The position numbers were made by a program, and so were the translations under genes. This document shows positions 18,894-28,796 of a stretch of 37,354 nt of DNA, piece by piece (position 1 is the first letter of the stretch; each line of letters begins with the position of its first letter). Origin of the DNA: a virus (taxonomy: Duplodnaviria > Caudoviricetes); IMG/VR virus record IMGVR_UViG_3300027715_000019, positions 1 to 37,354 of that record; one strand, given 5' to 3'. Under the pieces are notes generated by a model. That model worked only from the letters and a program-made list of their open reading frames with translations. It was not told the DNA's origin and did no database searches.

Positions 18894-18937
18894 AAGGACC
18901 ATAAAACCCGGCACGAGCTGCCGAAAGTGTGTCATTT

Positions 18938-21115
18938 TCACCGCGCTTTCACGGCAACGATCGACTTGCGATATGCCTCAAGCTTTTCCTGAAAAAAGGA
19001 CACATCGTCCTGTGTGAGGTCGTCGGACGGCTTCAAAATCTGGTATACATTCCCGGTCCGAGTCTTTGCTCTGGGATAGTGTTTTGTCATAAAACGGCCG
19101 AATCTGGTCTCGGTGACCGGGTGTTCGTTTGTTTCGTTGCACCAGAGGCAATACAGGGCGTAAACCTGACGGGAATAGATTGTCATGCAGTTTACGGGAA
19201 TCTCTTCATTCTGCCAGGCGTGCAGGAATTTCTCGGGGGTCCGTTCGCAGAGGTGAGATAAAACCTGTTTTGCCTCGGTTGCCGGGGGCTTTGCGTGCGC
19301 TCCGCCGAAGTCTGAGCAATCATAGTTGAGCAGGTAGTGATACAGGCCGGCCGCTCCACCGGCTGCGATTTCGGCGCCTATTTCCTTGTAATATTCGGCA
19401 GGCTCGACCCGATCGCAGCGCAGGACAAAGAAACGCCGATCATCGCTGTCGATCAGAAGCGGAACATCTTCATTCGAGAGAAAGACCAGGTTGCAATGAT
19501 TTGCCTCGACGCGAGGTTCAATGCCCTTCCGATTGATCCAAGACGTGGCACCGGTCACCAGGCCTTTGATCCGGTTTTTCACCTGAACCTGCTGCAGGTT
19601 GCTCACAACTTCATCGGCCACCATCATCAGCCGTCTGGAAAGCCAACCAGTGAAATCACTCTCGATGGTCTTCTGGTCAACAACGCTGCCGTAATCGCCG
19701 TAGATCTTCAGGATGGTTTCGAACAGCAGATTCTTGCCGGTTCCCTGGGCTCCGTGGATCACCAGCGCGGTCGCCATCTTCGCGCCAGGATGTTGGAGCG
19801 GCCAGGCCAACCAGCAAGTCATCCAGTGACACGCTGCCTCGTCGTAATCAGACATGTGCAGCAGGTGCTGAACCAATTTTTGATGGGGCTTAGATGCGTC
19901 GGCGACCAGGGGCCAGCCTTTGAATAAGTTGATCTGATGTTCGGCGGCTCCGCCCGGTTCGAAGACAATATCTTCCATCTTCACAACCCGCTTTTTCATG
20001 GTCTCAAGCCAGCGTTTGCCATCGTTCGGGAGTAGATGTCGGAATGCTTCGACCTTCATCGACTTTGCCTGGTCGGTGTCCCATATTTCCGACAATCCGT
20101 GAATCAACGCGTACCGTTCGTTGAGCTTTTCAACGAAATCCGGGGGGGCATGATCCTTTTCCTTCCGGAATTTGATTTCCTTCCGGAGTGAATGGCGGGA
20201 AATGCCCAGCGTTTTGGAGATGGCAATTTCGAGTTGTTCGGCGCGGACAGGGGAGAGCTCGATCACCGACAAGGCCCGTATAAGCTCGTTCGAATGGTCG
20301 GGCTGGACGAAACCGAACAGATCCCTGGAATATTCTTTAAGCGTGCCAATCGCGTTATCCACGAAGGGCGCGGCGACCAGGTAATCATCGATTCCCTTTG
20401 CGCCCGACCATACGACGATGCGCACCAGGGCGCCACGGGCATACAGTTTCACGGCCAACTCATACAGTGCGAATCTGACGCCGGGATTTGTCCAGAGATC
20501 AGAGTCAAAAGCGAGGAATATCGTTCGGCCGTCAACTCGGAAATCTCGCAGACAGCCCCACATCTCTTTATCCCGCCAATCTTCCCGAGAGCGCCCGCCC
20601 GCCTTGAAGTTCCAGACGCCAGGAAGGCTGATGCATGGTTCGCCATGCTGCAAGAGCTTCAGCGCCTTCTTTTCGCCCTCGGTGATCCAGATCGGAACAT
20701 TATTTTTTTCCTTCAAGGCCCAGACTTCCTGGGGAATCCACGGCATGGCAGGAATGCCCAGGGGCTGCAGGTATTTCGTCCCGTTCACCTCGGGATAAAG
20801 GCGAAATCGGCTGTATTGATGTGTTCCGGTTTCATCGCAATTTTTGAACTCAACCAACTCACACGACTGGAGTATTTCAAGGCCTTCGAGGCGGCTTCGG
20901 CCGAGAGACCGGCGAAGATCTTCACGGTTGCCGCGCCAGAGTCTAACGTCAGCACGTTCGAGCGTGGCCGGCATCAAACCAGACCGGGCCATATCCTCCA
21001 CAGCAAGCTTGACGGTGCCGTTCGAAGGATCGCGGCCCTTCCAGAAGTTCCCGTAAAGGTCCAGATCTACCTCGATCGGCCTCGGAACAATCTTTAGCTG
21101 AGGCTGGGGGTTCAT
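18938..21115 (-). CDS. Primase-helicase (DUF3854/TOPRIM-like plus SF3 helicase plus C-terminal winged helix)
   Basis: ITEGEKKA, AFDSD, KGIDD; Walker A GAQGTGKN, MVADE, FLSN, DDRRF; start trimmed to ATG 21115. Confidence 0.9.
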   Translation of the reverse strand: MNPQPQLKIVPRPIEVDLDLYGNFWKGRDPSNGTVKLAVEDMARSGLMPATLERADVRLWRGNREDLRRSLGRSRLEGLEILQSCELVEFKNCDETGTHQYSRFRLYPEVNGTKYLQPLGIPAMPWIPQEVWALKEKNNVPIWITEGEKKALKLLQHGEPCISLPGVWNFKAGGRSREDWRDKEMWGCLRDFRVDGRTIFLAFDSDLWTNPGVRFALYELAVKLYARGALVRIVVWSGAKGIDDYLVAAPFVDNAIGTLKEYSRDLFGFVQPDHSNELIRALSVIELSPVRAEQLEIAISKTLGISRHSLRKEIKFRKEKDHAPPDFVEKLNERYALIHGLSEIWDTDQAKSMKVEAFRHLLPNDGKRWLETMKKRVVKMEDIVFEPGGAAEHQINLFKGWPLVADASKPHQKLVQHLLHMSDYDEAACHWMTCWLAWPLQHPGAKMATALVIHGAQGTGKNLLFETILKIYGDYGSVVDQKTIESDFTGWLSRRLMMVADEVVSNLQQVQVKNRIKGLVTGATSWINRKGIEPRVEANHCNLVFLSNEDVPLLIDSDDRRFFVLRCDRVEPAEYYKEIGAEIAAGGAAGLYHYLLNYDCSDFGGAHAKPPATEAKQVLSHLCERTPEKFLHAWQNEEIPVNCMTIYSRQVYALYCLWCNETNEHPVTETRFGRFMTKHYPRAKTRTGNVYQILKPSDDLTQDDVSFFQEKLEAYRKSIVAVKAR

Positions 21116-21540
21116 CGTCTGCCTCCGTCCAGCGCGTAGAAACTGCGTTTTATGGGGAATCGGGGCATCACGCCGTATTTCACTTTGAACTGAACGGCTG
21201 CCCACCCTGGTTTGAAATTCCTGAATCGGCCGGTCTTTTGGAGCTCCTGAAATGTTATCCAGCAATGAAGTACATCAAGAATTGCGTGGTAAAGAGTTTC
21301 GTATGCTTCATCGTTTCGAAGTTCTTCGGCTGTGCCGGCAGCTGCGCCAAAACCGACCAGTGAAACGATCCGGTGCTTGAATTCGCGCAGGAATATGTCT
21401 TCGTTATCGAAGGATGGGTTGGCCATCCCAAAGCACAGAGCTTCCGTCCACAGGTGCTGCGCCTTGGGCTGTAATTCGAATATTTTGGCCAGGCTGTGTG
21501 GCTCGTCGTTTGAACTCTGCTTGTGCAATGGGATGGCCAT
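21112..21540 (-). CDS. Hypothetical phage protein
   Basis: AAGGAG RBS; coupled to primase; C-terminal FKPGWAAVQFKVKYG. Confidence 0.7.
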   Translation of the reverse strand: MAIPLHKQSSNDEPHSLAKIFELQPKAQHLWTEALCFGMANPSFDNEDIFLREFKHRIVSLVGFGAAAGTAEELRNDEAYETLYHAILDVLHCWITFQELQKTGRFRNFKPGWAAVQFKVKYGVMPRFPIKRSFYALDGGRR

Positions 21541-21559
21541 GATGGTGTGTCTCCTTCAG

Positions 21560-21994
21560 CTAAAACGGGACTTCGTCCTGGGTTGGGTCGTAACCGGCAT
21601 TACGGGACTGAGCGTCAGCATCAGGAGGCGGGCCATCATGTTGGGCCGGACCCTGTCCGCCTGCCGATCCAAGAAACTGAATCTGATCAGCCACTACCTC
21701 GGTCGCATACCGCTTCTGCTTCGATTCCTTGTCTTCCCAAGACCGTGTCTGCAGACGGCCTTCGAAGTATGCGGGGCGTCCTTTGGTCAGATACTTCGAG
21801 CAGTTTTCCGCCTGCTTTCCCCAGACGACGACATTGACGAATTCGACCTCTTCTTTCATGTCGCCGTCTTTGCCCTTGTATTTCCGGTTGATTGCTATGC
21901 CCATCTTGGCAACCGCCATTCCCTGGGGCGTGTATTTCAACTCAGGATCCCGGGTAAGGTTCCCGATCAGCATGACTTTGTTGAGATTCGCCAT
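21560..21994 (-). CDS. ssb: Single-stranded DNA-binding protein
   Basis: LNKVMLIGNLTRDPELKYT, EGRLQTRSW, acidic tail DEVPF. Confidence 0.97.
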   Translation of the reverse strand: MANLNKVMLIGNLTRDPELKYTPQGMAVAKMGIAINRKYKGKDGDMKEEVEFVNVVVWGKQAENCSKYLTKGRPAYFEGRLQTRSWEDKESKQKRYATEVVADQIQFLGSAGGQGPAQHDGPPPDADAQSRNAGYDPTQDEVPF

Positions 21995-21996
21995 TG

Positions 21997-22857
21997 TTAT
22001 TCCTCGCCCTCCGGCTCGTCATCAACGTCGTCGTCTTGATCGTCGCTGTCGTCTTCGGAGTTGGCTTCATCTTCCGGAGATAGTTCGCCAACTTCCTTTT
22101 CATCCAGATTCCGCTCAGTTTTGCCGGCTTTGGCCTTCACGTCGTCCAGGACTAGCTGCCGATCGGCCGGGAGCATGTCCTCTTCTTCAACGATTTGGTT
22201 CAGATCGAGCCGGAACAGTGTTTTCTTGCCGGCGATCGGAAAGTTGAGACGCCACTCGCATTCGACGCTCTTGTTCTCGTATCCGGTCGAAAGCTGAGTG
22301 ATGAGGAGATCGATCTTGCTCGAGCATTCTTTGATCTTGGCCGAATACATCGAAGCGTTTCCGCTCTTCTGGTCTTCGAGCTGGGACTTTCGCTGAAGAT
22401 TCAGGATGAGATCGGACTGAAACGTATTCTTTTCCTTCTGCGTGAACTCGACCGTCAATTCCTTCGAAGTCTTGCGGATGAGAACCGGAGCTTGTTCATC
22501 GATGAGTTTGTCGGCTTTCTCTTTTGCCGTCTTTTCTTCCTCAACAGCACCAGGGATGCTGACATCGAGCATGGCCTTGAAACGATCATGGATTGCCTTG
22601 CCCATGGCGACGGCGTCGATGATGTCCTTGGCGACCTCTTCAGACAAGCCGTTTTTCCTGGCCTTGTTAATGTATTTTTCCCACTCCTTGGGCTTCACGG
22701 TTTCGAATCCGACAACAGTGGTTGGAGAAACTTTGCCTACATTCGGCTCGAGATGATTGATGACTTCAAGGCCGTGCAGTTCGGCTTCGAAATCGGCCAG
22801 AATGCCTCGGGCCTCGTCCAGGTTGTTGCAGGACTGTATTCGTTCCATGTGTGTCAT
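21997..22857 (-). CDS. Hypothetical phage protein with coiled coil and very acidic C-terminus
   Basis: GAGGAG RBS before ATG 22857 (alternative start 22896). Confidence 0.75.
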   Translation of the reverse strand: MTHMERIQSCNNLDEARGILADFEAELHGLEVINHLEPNVGKVSPTTVVGFETVKPKEWEKYINKARKNGLSEEVAKDIIDAVAMGKAIHDRFKAMLDVSIPGAVEEEKTAKEKADKLIDEQAPVLIRKTSKELTVEFTQKEKNTFQSDLILNLQRKSQLEDQKSGNASMYSAKIKECSSKIDLLITQLSTGYENKSVECEWRLNFPIAGKKTLFRLDLNQIVEEEDMLPADRQLVLDDVKAKAGKTERNLDEKEVGELSPEDEANSEDDSDDQDDDVDDEPEGEE

Positions 22858-22870
22858 TTGGTTCGTCTCC

Positions 22871-23320
22871 TCAGTTTGTTTTGCCCTCGACGTCATCCGT
22901 CCAGGACTTCTTCAACAGGTGTTCCACAAGTGTTTGTGCTGTTTCCCGATCGCCCGGCGTCCATATTCGCAACGAGGGGTATCGATTCTGCCAAGCAATC
23001 AGGGTTCCGCGGATCGAGTGCGGATGCGTGCCGTTGGGCCAGTCCTCATACAGACAGTTCAAAATTCCATTCATTGATGCTTCTATGACCAGGTGGAACC
23101 GGCGGAATTTGTTCGATCGTTCCAGTTCTCGCTCGAACCGGTCACGCTCCCACGTCATGCACTGGACGATCTCGTTGTGTCTCTTTCGCTCCACCACAAC
23201 CGAGTTTTCGAGGCCTTCGATGCTGTAATCTCCGGTCTTCAGCGTCCGAATCTCGCTCGGGTGCGAAAAGGAATACGGGAGCTGTTCGCGAGTGTCTATG
23301 ATGATCGCTGGAATGTTCAT
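22871..23320 (-). CDS. ERCC4/XPF-family nuclease
   Basis: IIDTREQLP, TLKTGDYS, VVERK, RFERELER, LVIE. Confidence 0.9.
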   Translation of the reverse strand: MNIPAIIIDTREQLPYSFSHPSEIRTLKTGDYSIEGLENSVVVERKRHNEIVQCMTWERDRFERELERSNKFRRFHLVIEASMNGILNCLYEDWPNGTHPHSIRGTLIAWQNRYPSLRIWTPGDRETAQTLVEHLLKKSWTDDVEGKTN

Positions 23321-23322
23321 GA

Positions 23323-23655
23323 TTACTGCCCGTTGAGCGCGTTTTTAGCGATCCTTGCCATTTCATCAACGCCTTCGTTGCTCACATACCCACGTTTTGA
23401 GGCTATGTCCTTGAGCGCGGTCTCATACCGTTCCATCGTGGTTGTAATCAGGGTGCCTTTGTCGTTCGTGATCTGGTTCACATCCACGCCCAAGGCCGCT
23501 GCGCATTTTGCAAAAAAAGAAGCTGGCGCCCACTTTCGGCCAAGCTCAATGGCGCTGATATCGCAAATACCTACGCCGATGGCCTCGGACATGGCTTTCA
23601 GCGTCACAAGTTTCGATATGCGAACATCTCGTAGTCGTGTTCCTCGTGCTTTCAC
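23323..23655 (-). CDS. XRE-family HTH protein
   Basis: LRDVR...TLKAMSEAIGV...ISAIELG; GTGA overlap with helicase stop. Confidence 0.75.
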   Translation of the reverse strand: MKARGTRLRDVRISKLVTLKAMSEAIGVGICDISAIELGRKWAPASFFAKCAAALGVDVNQITNDKGTLITTTMERYETALKDIASKRGYVSNEGVDEMARIAKNALNGQ

Positions 23656-25349
23656 AGGCCAGCCTCCTTGATGAACTGAGACGGCTCTTTTTCGTGGAGC
23701 AGGACAAGCCGTTTTCGGGCGCGGGTAAAGGCGACATATGCCAGCCGGCGTTCTTCTTCGAGGTGCTTTTCACGGATGGAACGGTTTTTTGGGAATTCGC
23801 CCTGGTCGAAACCGACGACATAGACGACATCCCATTCCAGCCCTTTGGCGGCGTGAGCGGTCAGCAGAGTGACCCGGTTATCGACACCCTTTTCCAGCTC
23901 GGTGTGCATGTCCTTGCCGGCTTGATATTCGAGCCACTGAGCCGGGGTCATGGTCGCGCAGTTGATAGCCAAAGTTTCGATGAATTCCTGATCGAGGTCA
24001 GCGATAAATTCCCGCCAGTTGCCGGCTAAACTCAGAATTGAAACGCGGTTCATGGCCTCACGCATCTGCGCGATTTCGTTATCGGGGTTTTCGTCGCAGT
24101 AGGTCGCCCACATGCCCATTCCGCGATGAGCGGCCCGGCCTTGCAGAGTCCGCAAACCTTCAGGGTTGACATCGAAGAACCGGAGCCCCTGGGAGTAGAA
24201 CGCCAGGTCATCAGACGGATTGACGGCCATCCGGACCGCTGCATGGAACAGTTTCCAGCTGTCCGAACTTTCGATTCCTTTGGTTTTTGCCCCGACCTTG
24301 AACGCGGGAATTTCCTTCACATTGGCGGCTTCAAGGCAGGTTTCCAGAATCCCGTGCGTGCGACCGATGACGGCTATCTGTTCGGGTTTGTTGAAGCAGA
24401 TCTCATCAGCCAGCATTTTGGCCAGGCGATCCGGGCCGCCCTGAATAACTTCTATTTCGCCGCCCTCGATCACGGGAATCAGGGTCTTTTCGATCCGGTC
24501 CTTGTTGTGCTCAATGAGGCTGTTTGCGGCCTTAACGATGGGTGTTCCGCATCGGAAGCATTCTTCCAGCCTGATAACTTCGGCGCCCTGGTGGGCCTTT
24601 TCGAAATCGAGGATGATCCCGAGATCCGCGCCGCGCCATCCGTAGATTGCCTGGTCAGGATCTCCTACCGAATACAGATTCTTCGGGTTGATGGCTTCAT
24701 GAAGCGTATATTGCTGATGATCAGTATCTTGATACTCGTCCACGAAGATGTACTCGAGTTGATTCCGATAATGAAGAAGAGCCTCGGGGCATTCCCTGAA
24801 CAGTCGCAAGACTTCGATGAGCAGCTGATCATAGTCCATGGCATTACACTGCCGGAGCCGAGACCAGTATTCCCGGAGAATCCGCATGATGTTCGGGTCG
24901 TTCGGCTCGGTGCCGTCATGTGCCAGTTCCTGTTTCGCTTCGGCCAGGGCTTTTTTCGTTCCCTTCCAGCCATATTGATTTACGACGGATTCGAACAGCG
25001 CTTCGGCTTCCTCTGGCTGAACAACCGATATTGCCTGGCCGCTGGTTGTTCGGTATCCGATACGTTCGCCCCACTTGGTCAGGATTCGATAGCTGACAGA
25101 ATGGAATGTGCCCGTCCAGATCCGCCGGGCCACCGCGCCGATCTTCAGCGTAAGCCGGTCCTTGAGTTCGTTTGCGGCCTTGCGGGTGAAGGTCAGGCAG
25201 AGAATTGAATCAGGCCGTGTGCCATGGTCGATCAGCCGTGCGATTCGATTTACGATGGTGGTGGTTTTACCCGAGCCGGCGCCGGCCACGTTGAGAATAG
25301 CGGATGATGTAGATTCGATAGCTCGAAGTTGCGACGGGGTTGCAGTCAA
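23652..25349 (-). CDS. UvrD/PcrA-family SF1 helicase
   Basis: AGAGSGKT, TFTRKAA, TFHS, VDEYQD, VGDPDQAIYGWRGA, TAHAAKGLEW, EERRLAYVAFTRAR; start trimmed to TTG 25349 with GGAGG. Confidence 0.95.
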   Translation of the reverse strand: MTATPSQLRAIESTSSAILNVAGAGSGKTTTIVNRIARLIDHGTRPDSILCLTFTRKAANELKDRLTLKIGAVARRIWTGTFHSVSYRILTKWGERIGYRTTSGQAISVVQPEEAEALFESVVNQYGWKGTKKALAEAKQELAHDGTEPNDPNIMRILREYWSRLRQCNAMDYDQLLIEVLRLFRECPEALLHYRNQLEYIFVDEYQDTDHQQYTLHEAINPKNLYSVGDPDQAIYGWRGADLGIILDFEKAHQGAEVIRLEECFRCGTPIVKAANSLIEHNKDRIEKTLIPVIEGGEIEVIQGGPDRLAKMLADEICFNKPEQIAVIGRTHGILETCLEAANVKEIPAFKVGAKTKGIESSDSWKLFHAAVRMAVNPSDDLAFYSQGLRFFDVNPEGLRTLQGRAAHRGMGMWATYCDENPDNEIAQMREAMNRVSILSLAGNWREFIADLDQEFIETLAINCATMTPAQWLEYQAGKDMHTELEKGVDNRVTLLTAHAAKGLEWDVVYVVGFDQGEFPKNRSIREKHLEEERRLAYVAFTRARKRLVLLHEKEPSQFIKEAGL

Positions 25350-27205
25350 TTCGCGCCTCCCATCTTCATGACGGTCCAGGCGACGTCGAAGTCTGGCTTC
25401 GGCTCGTGGCACGTCGCGAGAATGACCTGGTCGAATCCGATCGCACCGCACGCAGCGGCGACGGAATCAAGACGGTTTTGGTCTGCCTCTGCCATTTCGA
25501 GCAGGCAGACACTCGGCCGGCCACATCTGGCGATCTGGAGAGATGCGACCAAGGCGCATAGAATGACCAGCTTTTCACCGCCGCTAAGGGTGTCGAATGA
25601 GATCCGCACGCAGTTTTTCACTACTCCAAAATCAACCTCGGGCTTGCCCTTGTCGTTCACGATCTGGAGATAGGCGTCATACATAGGGAATGCAGCAGAA
25701 ACAGCTGTGCGGAAGGGAGAGATGATCGCTGAGGTTGCCTTTTCAAGAAAGATATCTCGGGCTTTCTTGAGGTCGCGAATCAGGCTCTTGAGATCGTCGA
25801 GCTTCTTTTCGGCGTCCTGGCGGTCCTGCTCAGCTCGAATGCGCGTCTCGGATACCGACTGTGCGGCCGTGAATTTTTTGATGGAGTCCTGGATCTCTTT
25901 CTTTTGGACCCGAAGGCCGTCAATACGGGCTGTCAGAATCACGGTCGATTCGACCGCCGGCATCTCTGTGTCAGCTTCAGCCTTTTCAAGATCGGCCTGC
26001 ATTGTTTTCAGCGTCGATTTGTAAGACTCGACCGCATCGGTAAGAACCCTGATTTCGGTGCCCAGCTCCTTGCGGATGGTGGCATTATTGATGCCCTGCT
26101 CGACATCCCGAATTTGAGCGGCTGATTTGCTTTGTTCCTCCTGCAGGACTTCGAGTTCGCCCTCGAGGCCGGCCGCCTTGAAATCCCAATCGTCCAGAGT
26201 GTCGCCCAGAAACTCCGCGTCAGTGCTGCAGGTCGGACATTGTTTATGATCGCGGATGGACTTGATGCCATCGCGAAGGCGCTTGATTTCCGGTCGGATA
26301 GCCGACATTCGATCCCGGATCCCCGCGTCTTGATTCTGCAGTTTGCGCAATTCATCAGGGGTGCGTTCCGCGCCGATCGCAGCCAGACGCCCGTTCAGAT
26401 CCCCGATTTTGCTCGTGGTGTCGGCAAGCTTCTGTTTCCCCTGTTTTATCTGGTCGGTCAGGCGCTGCCGATGGGTCATCTTCGCCGAAGCCAGCTTCGC
26501 GCGCTCGTCGTTCTTGGCCTGTTCGCTCGTGAGCTTTTCAAGATCCGCTTCAGCAGTCCGAAGCTTTTCCTGCCATTCGGCAAGGGTCCCGGCCGGTAGT
26601 TGGTTGTCCTGTCCCATGAGTCGTTTGATGTTCGCCTGACAGAGTTCGACTTCTTTTTTGAGAATGCTTTCTCGTTCCGCCAGGATGGTGAACACCTTAT
26701 CGAGGGGCTCTTCATAGTTGATGGACTGTCCGGCTACTTTCTCGATGTCAGCGAACAGGTCCGGAGCAACCGGCCCGACAGTCATCTTGAGATTGTCGGA
26801 CAGCCACGCAGCGCGCTTATCACCGGAGAGAGTCAGGAATTCATTCGGATGGAGCGATTCGGCCGGCATGACCAGAGCCGGGGGAGTGCAGTAATCAGCG
26901 GCTTTCGTTTCTTTGCCATTGACACTGATGGTCTGAGTTACAGCCGAGCCCTTTTTCTCGAAACGCCGGGTGATGATTGTCCCATCTTCGAGCGTACCGG
27001 TGACTTCCGTTGTTTTTCCAGACGCCAGTAGGTGAGTCGCAGCCGGAGCTTTGCCGAGGCCGGTGTACCCGGTTACAAGAATGCGGTAAGCATCGAGCAA
27101 TCCTGATTTGCCGGAACCGTTCGGACCTGTCATGACCGTGCGAGGAGTGAGGGAAAAAGTTCCGTTCAGGCCCTTAAAGTCTCTCAAAATAATATTGGTC
27201 AGCAT
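25346..27205 (-). CDS. Rad50/SbcC-like coiled-coil ATPase
   Basis: Walker A GPNGSGKS, long coiled coils, central CPTC zinc hook, signature LSGGEK; Walker B degenerate. Confidence 0.85.
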   Translation of the reverse strand: MLTNIILRDFKGLNGTFSLTPRTVMTGPNGSGKSGLLDAYRILVTGYTGLGKAPAATHLLASGKTTEVTGTLEDGTIITRRFEKKGSAVTQTISVNGKETKAADYCTPPALVMPAESLHPNEFLTLSGDKRAAWLSDNLKMTVGPVAPDLFADIEKVAGQSINYEEPLDKVFTILAERESILKKEVELCQANIKRLMGQDNQLPAGTLAEWQEKLRTAEADLEKLTSEQAKNDERAKLASAKMTHRQRLTDQIKQGKQKLADTTSKIGDLNGRLAAIGAERTPDELRKLQNQDAGIRDRMSAIRPEIKRLRDGIKSIRDHKQCPTCSTDAEFLGDTLDDWDFKAAGLEGELEVLQEEQSKSAAQIRDVEQGINNATIRKELGTEIRVLTDAVESYKSTLKTMQADLEKAEADTEMPAVESTVILTARIDGLRVQKKEIQDSIKKFTAAQSVSETRIRAEQDRQDAEKKLDDLKSLIRDLKKARDIFLEKATSAIISPFRTAVSAAFPMYDAYLQIVNDKGKPEVDFGVVKNCVRISFDTLSGGEKLVILCALVASLQIARCGRPSVCLLEMAEADQNRLDSVAAACGAIGFDQVILATCHEPKPDFDVAWTVMKMGGAN

Positions 27206-27208
27206 ATT

Positions 27209-28723
27209 TCACTCCTTCACGGCGGCGGCCGCGTTGTAACGGGTGAAGAACTCGGCGACCTTGGCCGCGTCTGCTTTCCGGAGAGCGGCGAAATCATCGA
27301 AGTTCATCTCGTCGCGTACTTTGCAGGCGATCTTCCGGTTCGTGTTCTTATCGTTCAAGAACTTGGTCAGATCCTGTGGCTGTTCGGTTGCCTCTGCGGG
27401 TGTTCCGGTATTTTTGGCGGCAGTCGATGACGTCCGCTGTTTGGCGACATATTCACGCGCTGTAATGAGGCTTTCATGGGGCATAATTTCGATAGATCCA
27501 CAAGTATTACAGCCGTTCATGGGCTCTGATACGGTCATGACGGCATTGCAGTCCGCGCATGTGTAGAATCTGAGTTGGGATTTTGTAGCTGTTGTTGCAG
27601 GAGGTTCTTCGACCTGGGTTCCGTCATCGATAACCGGGGTCTGAATCTCGGAAGGGTCGGCCTCGGCGTGCGTTTCATCGACGATTTCGGCTTCGGTGGT
27701 CACGTCGGTGACGCCAGTTTTCTCTATTTTCACCGCTAGGTTTGCGGCATCTTCGCCGGCGGCGATTCTGTCGGCCATCGCCACGATATCGTCACGCTTC
27801 TGTTTGGGATTCGCGTCGGCCGTGAAGCCGTAAACGAAAACATGGGCCTTGGCGCTCTGAACCTTCTTCCCGTAGTCTTCGGTGACATTCAATTCGGTCA
27901 CGATCGGGGTCTTCGTCGCGATCGCAGGGTGTTGGGCCAAAAGGAGACGGTTGAGGATAGTTCCGGCTGACCGGTCGAGGAAGCGCTGTTTCTGGCTGAA
28001 ACTCTCGAATGCTGCCTGGATTTCAGGATGCGAAATATTCACCCAATAACCGAGATCTCCAGTCAGTGCCACGAAATGCCAGGAACCCTGAGCCTTGACT
28101 ACGGTTGGTTCTTTATCTATGACGCGGTTTCTGCCCCATTTGCCATTGTCGTTGTAATACGTGATTTCATTGGGGCGCTGGTCTCGGGTTCCCATCATTC
28201 CCAGGCTCGGGTGCTTCTTGATCTTCGCCTGAAGTTCCTGAACAAGGAGCGTGGGCAGGTTCACGAAGATGGTCTTGTCGATCGCAACGAGGTTTCCGGT
28301 GGGGCTATACCCGATCGCCAGTCCGCGGATGAACATGCTGGTGATGCTGCCGGTCTTTTCGTCCCGCTCGAAATACGGGTTGCCTCGTTCGCTGCCATCC
28401 TGTGCCATGAGGGTTTTCGGGCGAATGATCTCGATGCCAGAATACTGATTGATGAAGTCGTAACCTTCACCCAAGATCATCGCCTTCTGTTCGGGTCCGG
28501 CCGGAAACGCGAAGTGCTTCCCGTATTCCAGATTCACCTTCACCTTGAAGGCCCGTTTGGTCTGGCCGGCTTCAGTCAGGAAAAAAGCCTCACCGTCGCC
28601 CAGCTTCGCGATCATCTGATTCTGCCGCATCATGCCAACGACCTGGCCGAAGAAGTCGGGGTTCTTCAGCAGTTCGGGAACCGCTGGCAGGTTTGTGCTT
28701 GTGGTGGTATGTGTGCCTTCCAT
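27209..28723 (-). CDS. Hypothetical protein, possible ssDNA-annealing recombinase with C-terminal zinc ribbon
   Basis: GAGGT RBS before ATG 28723; CADC...CNTC; heads the recombination block; function inferred from context. Confidence 0.55.
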   Translation of the reverse strand: MEGTHTTTSTNLPAVPELLKNPDFFGQVVGMMRQNQMIAKLGDGEAFFLTEAGQTKRAFKVKVNLEYGKHFAFPAGPEQKAMILGEGYDFINQYSGIEIIRPKTLMAQDGSERGNPYFERDEKTGSITSMFIRGLAIGYSPTGNLVAIDKTIFVNLPTLLVQELQAKIKKHPSLGMMGTRDQRPNEITYYNDNGKWGRNRVIDKEPTVVKAQGSWHFVALTGDLGYWVNISHPEIQAAFESFSQKQRFLDRSAGTILNRLLLAQHPAIATKTPIVTELNVTEDYGKKVQSAKAHVFVYGFTADANPKQKRDDIVAMADRIAAGEDAANLAVKIEKTGVTDVTTEAEIVDETHAEADPSEIQTPVIDDGTQVEEPPATTATKSQLRFYTCADCNAVMTVSEPMNGCNTCGSIEIMPHESLITAREYVAKQRTSSTAAKNTGTPAEATEQPQDLTKFLNDKNTNRKIACKVRDEMNFDDFAALRKADAAKVAEFFTRYNAAAAVKE

Positions 28724-28752
28724 GTTATGATTACCTCTGTTGTATTGCTTGG

Positions 28753-28782
28753 TCCCGGCAGTCTGAAGCCGGGATTTTTTTT
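28753..28782 (+). terminator. Rho-independent terminator-like hairpin (plus orientation)
   Basis: TCCCGGC-8 nt-GCCGGGA followed by eight T. Confidence 0.6.
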
Positions 28783-28796
28783 GAGGAGAAAAGAGC

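Noticed and set aside
23652-27205. ATPase plus UvrD pair as a Gabija-like defence system
   Set aside because: The ATPase has a zinc hook and long coiled coils but no TOPRIM domain, and sits in the early replication operon
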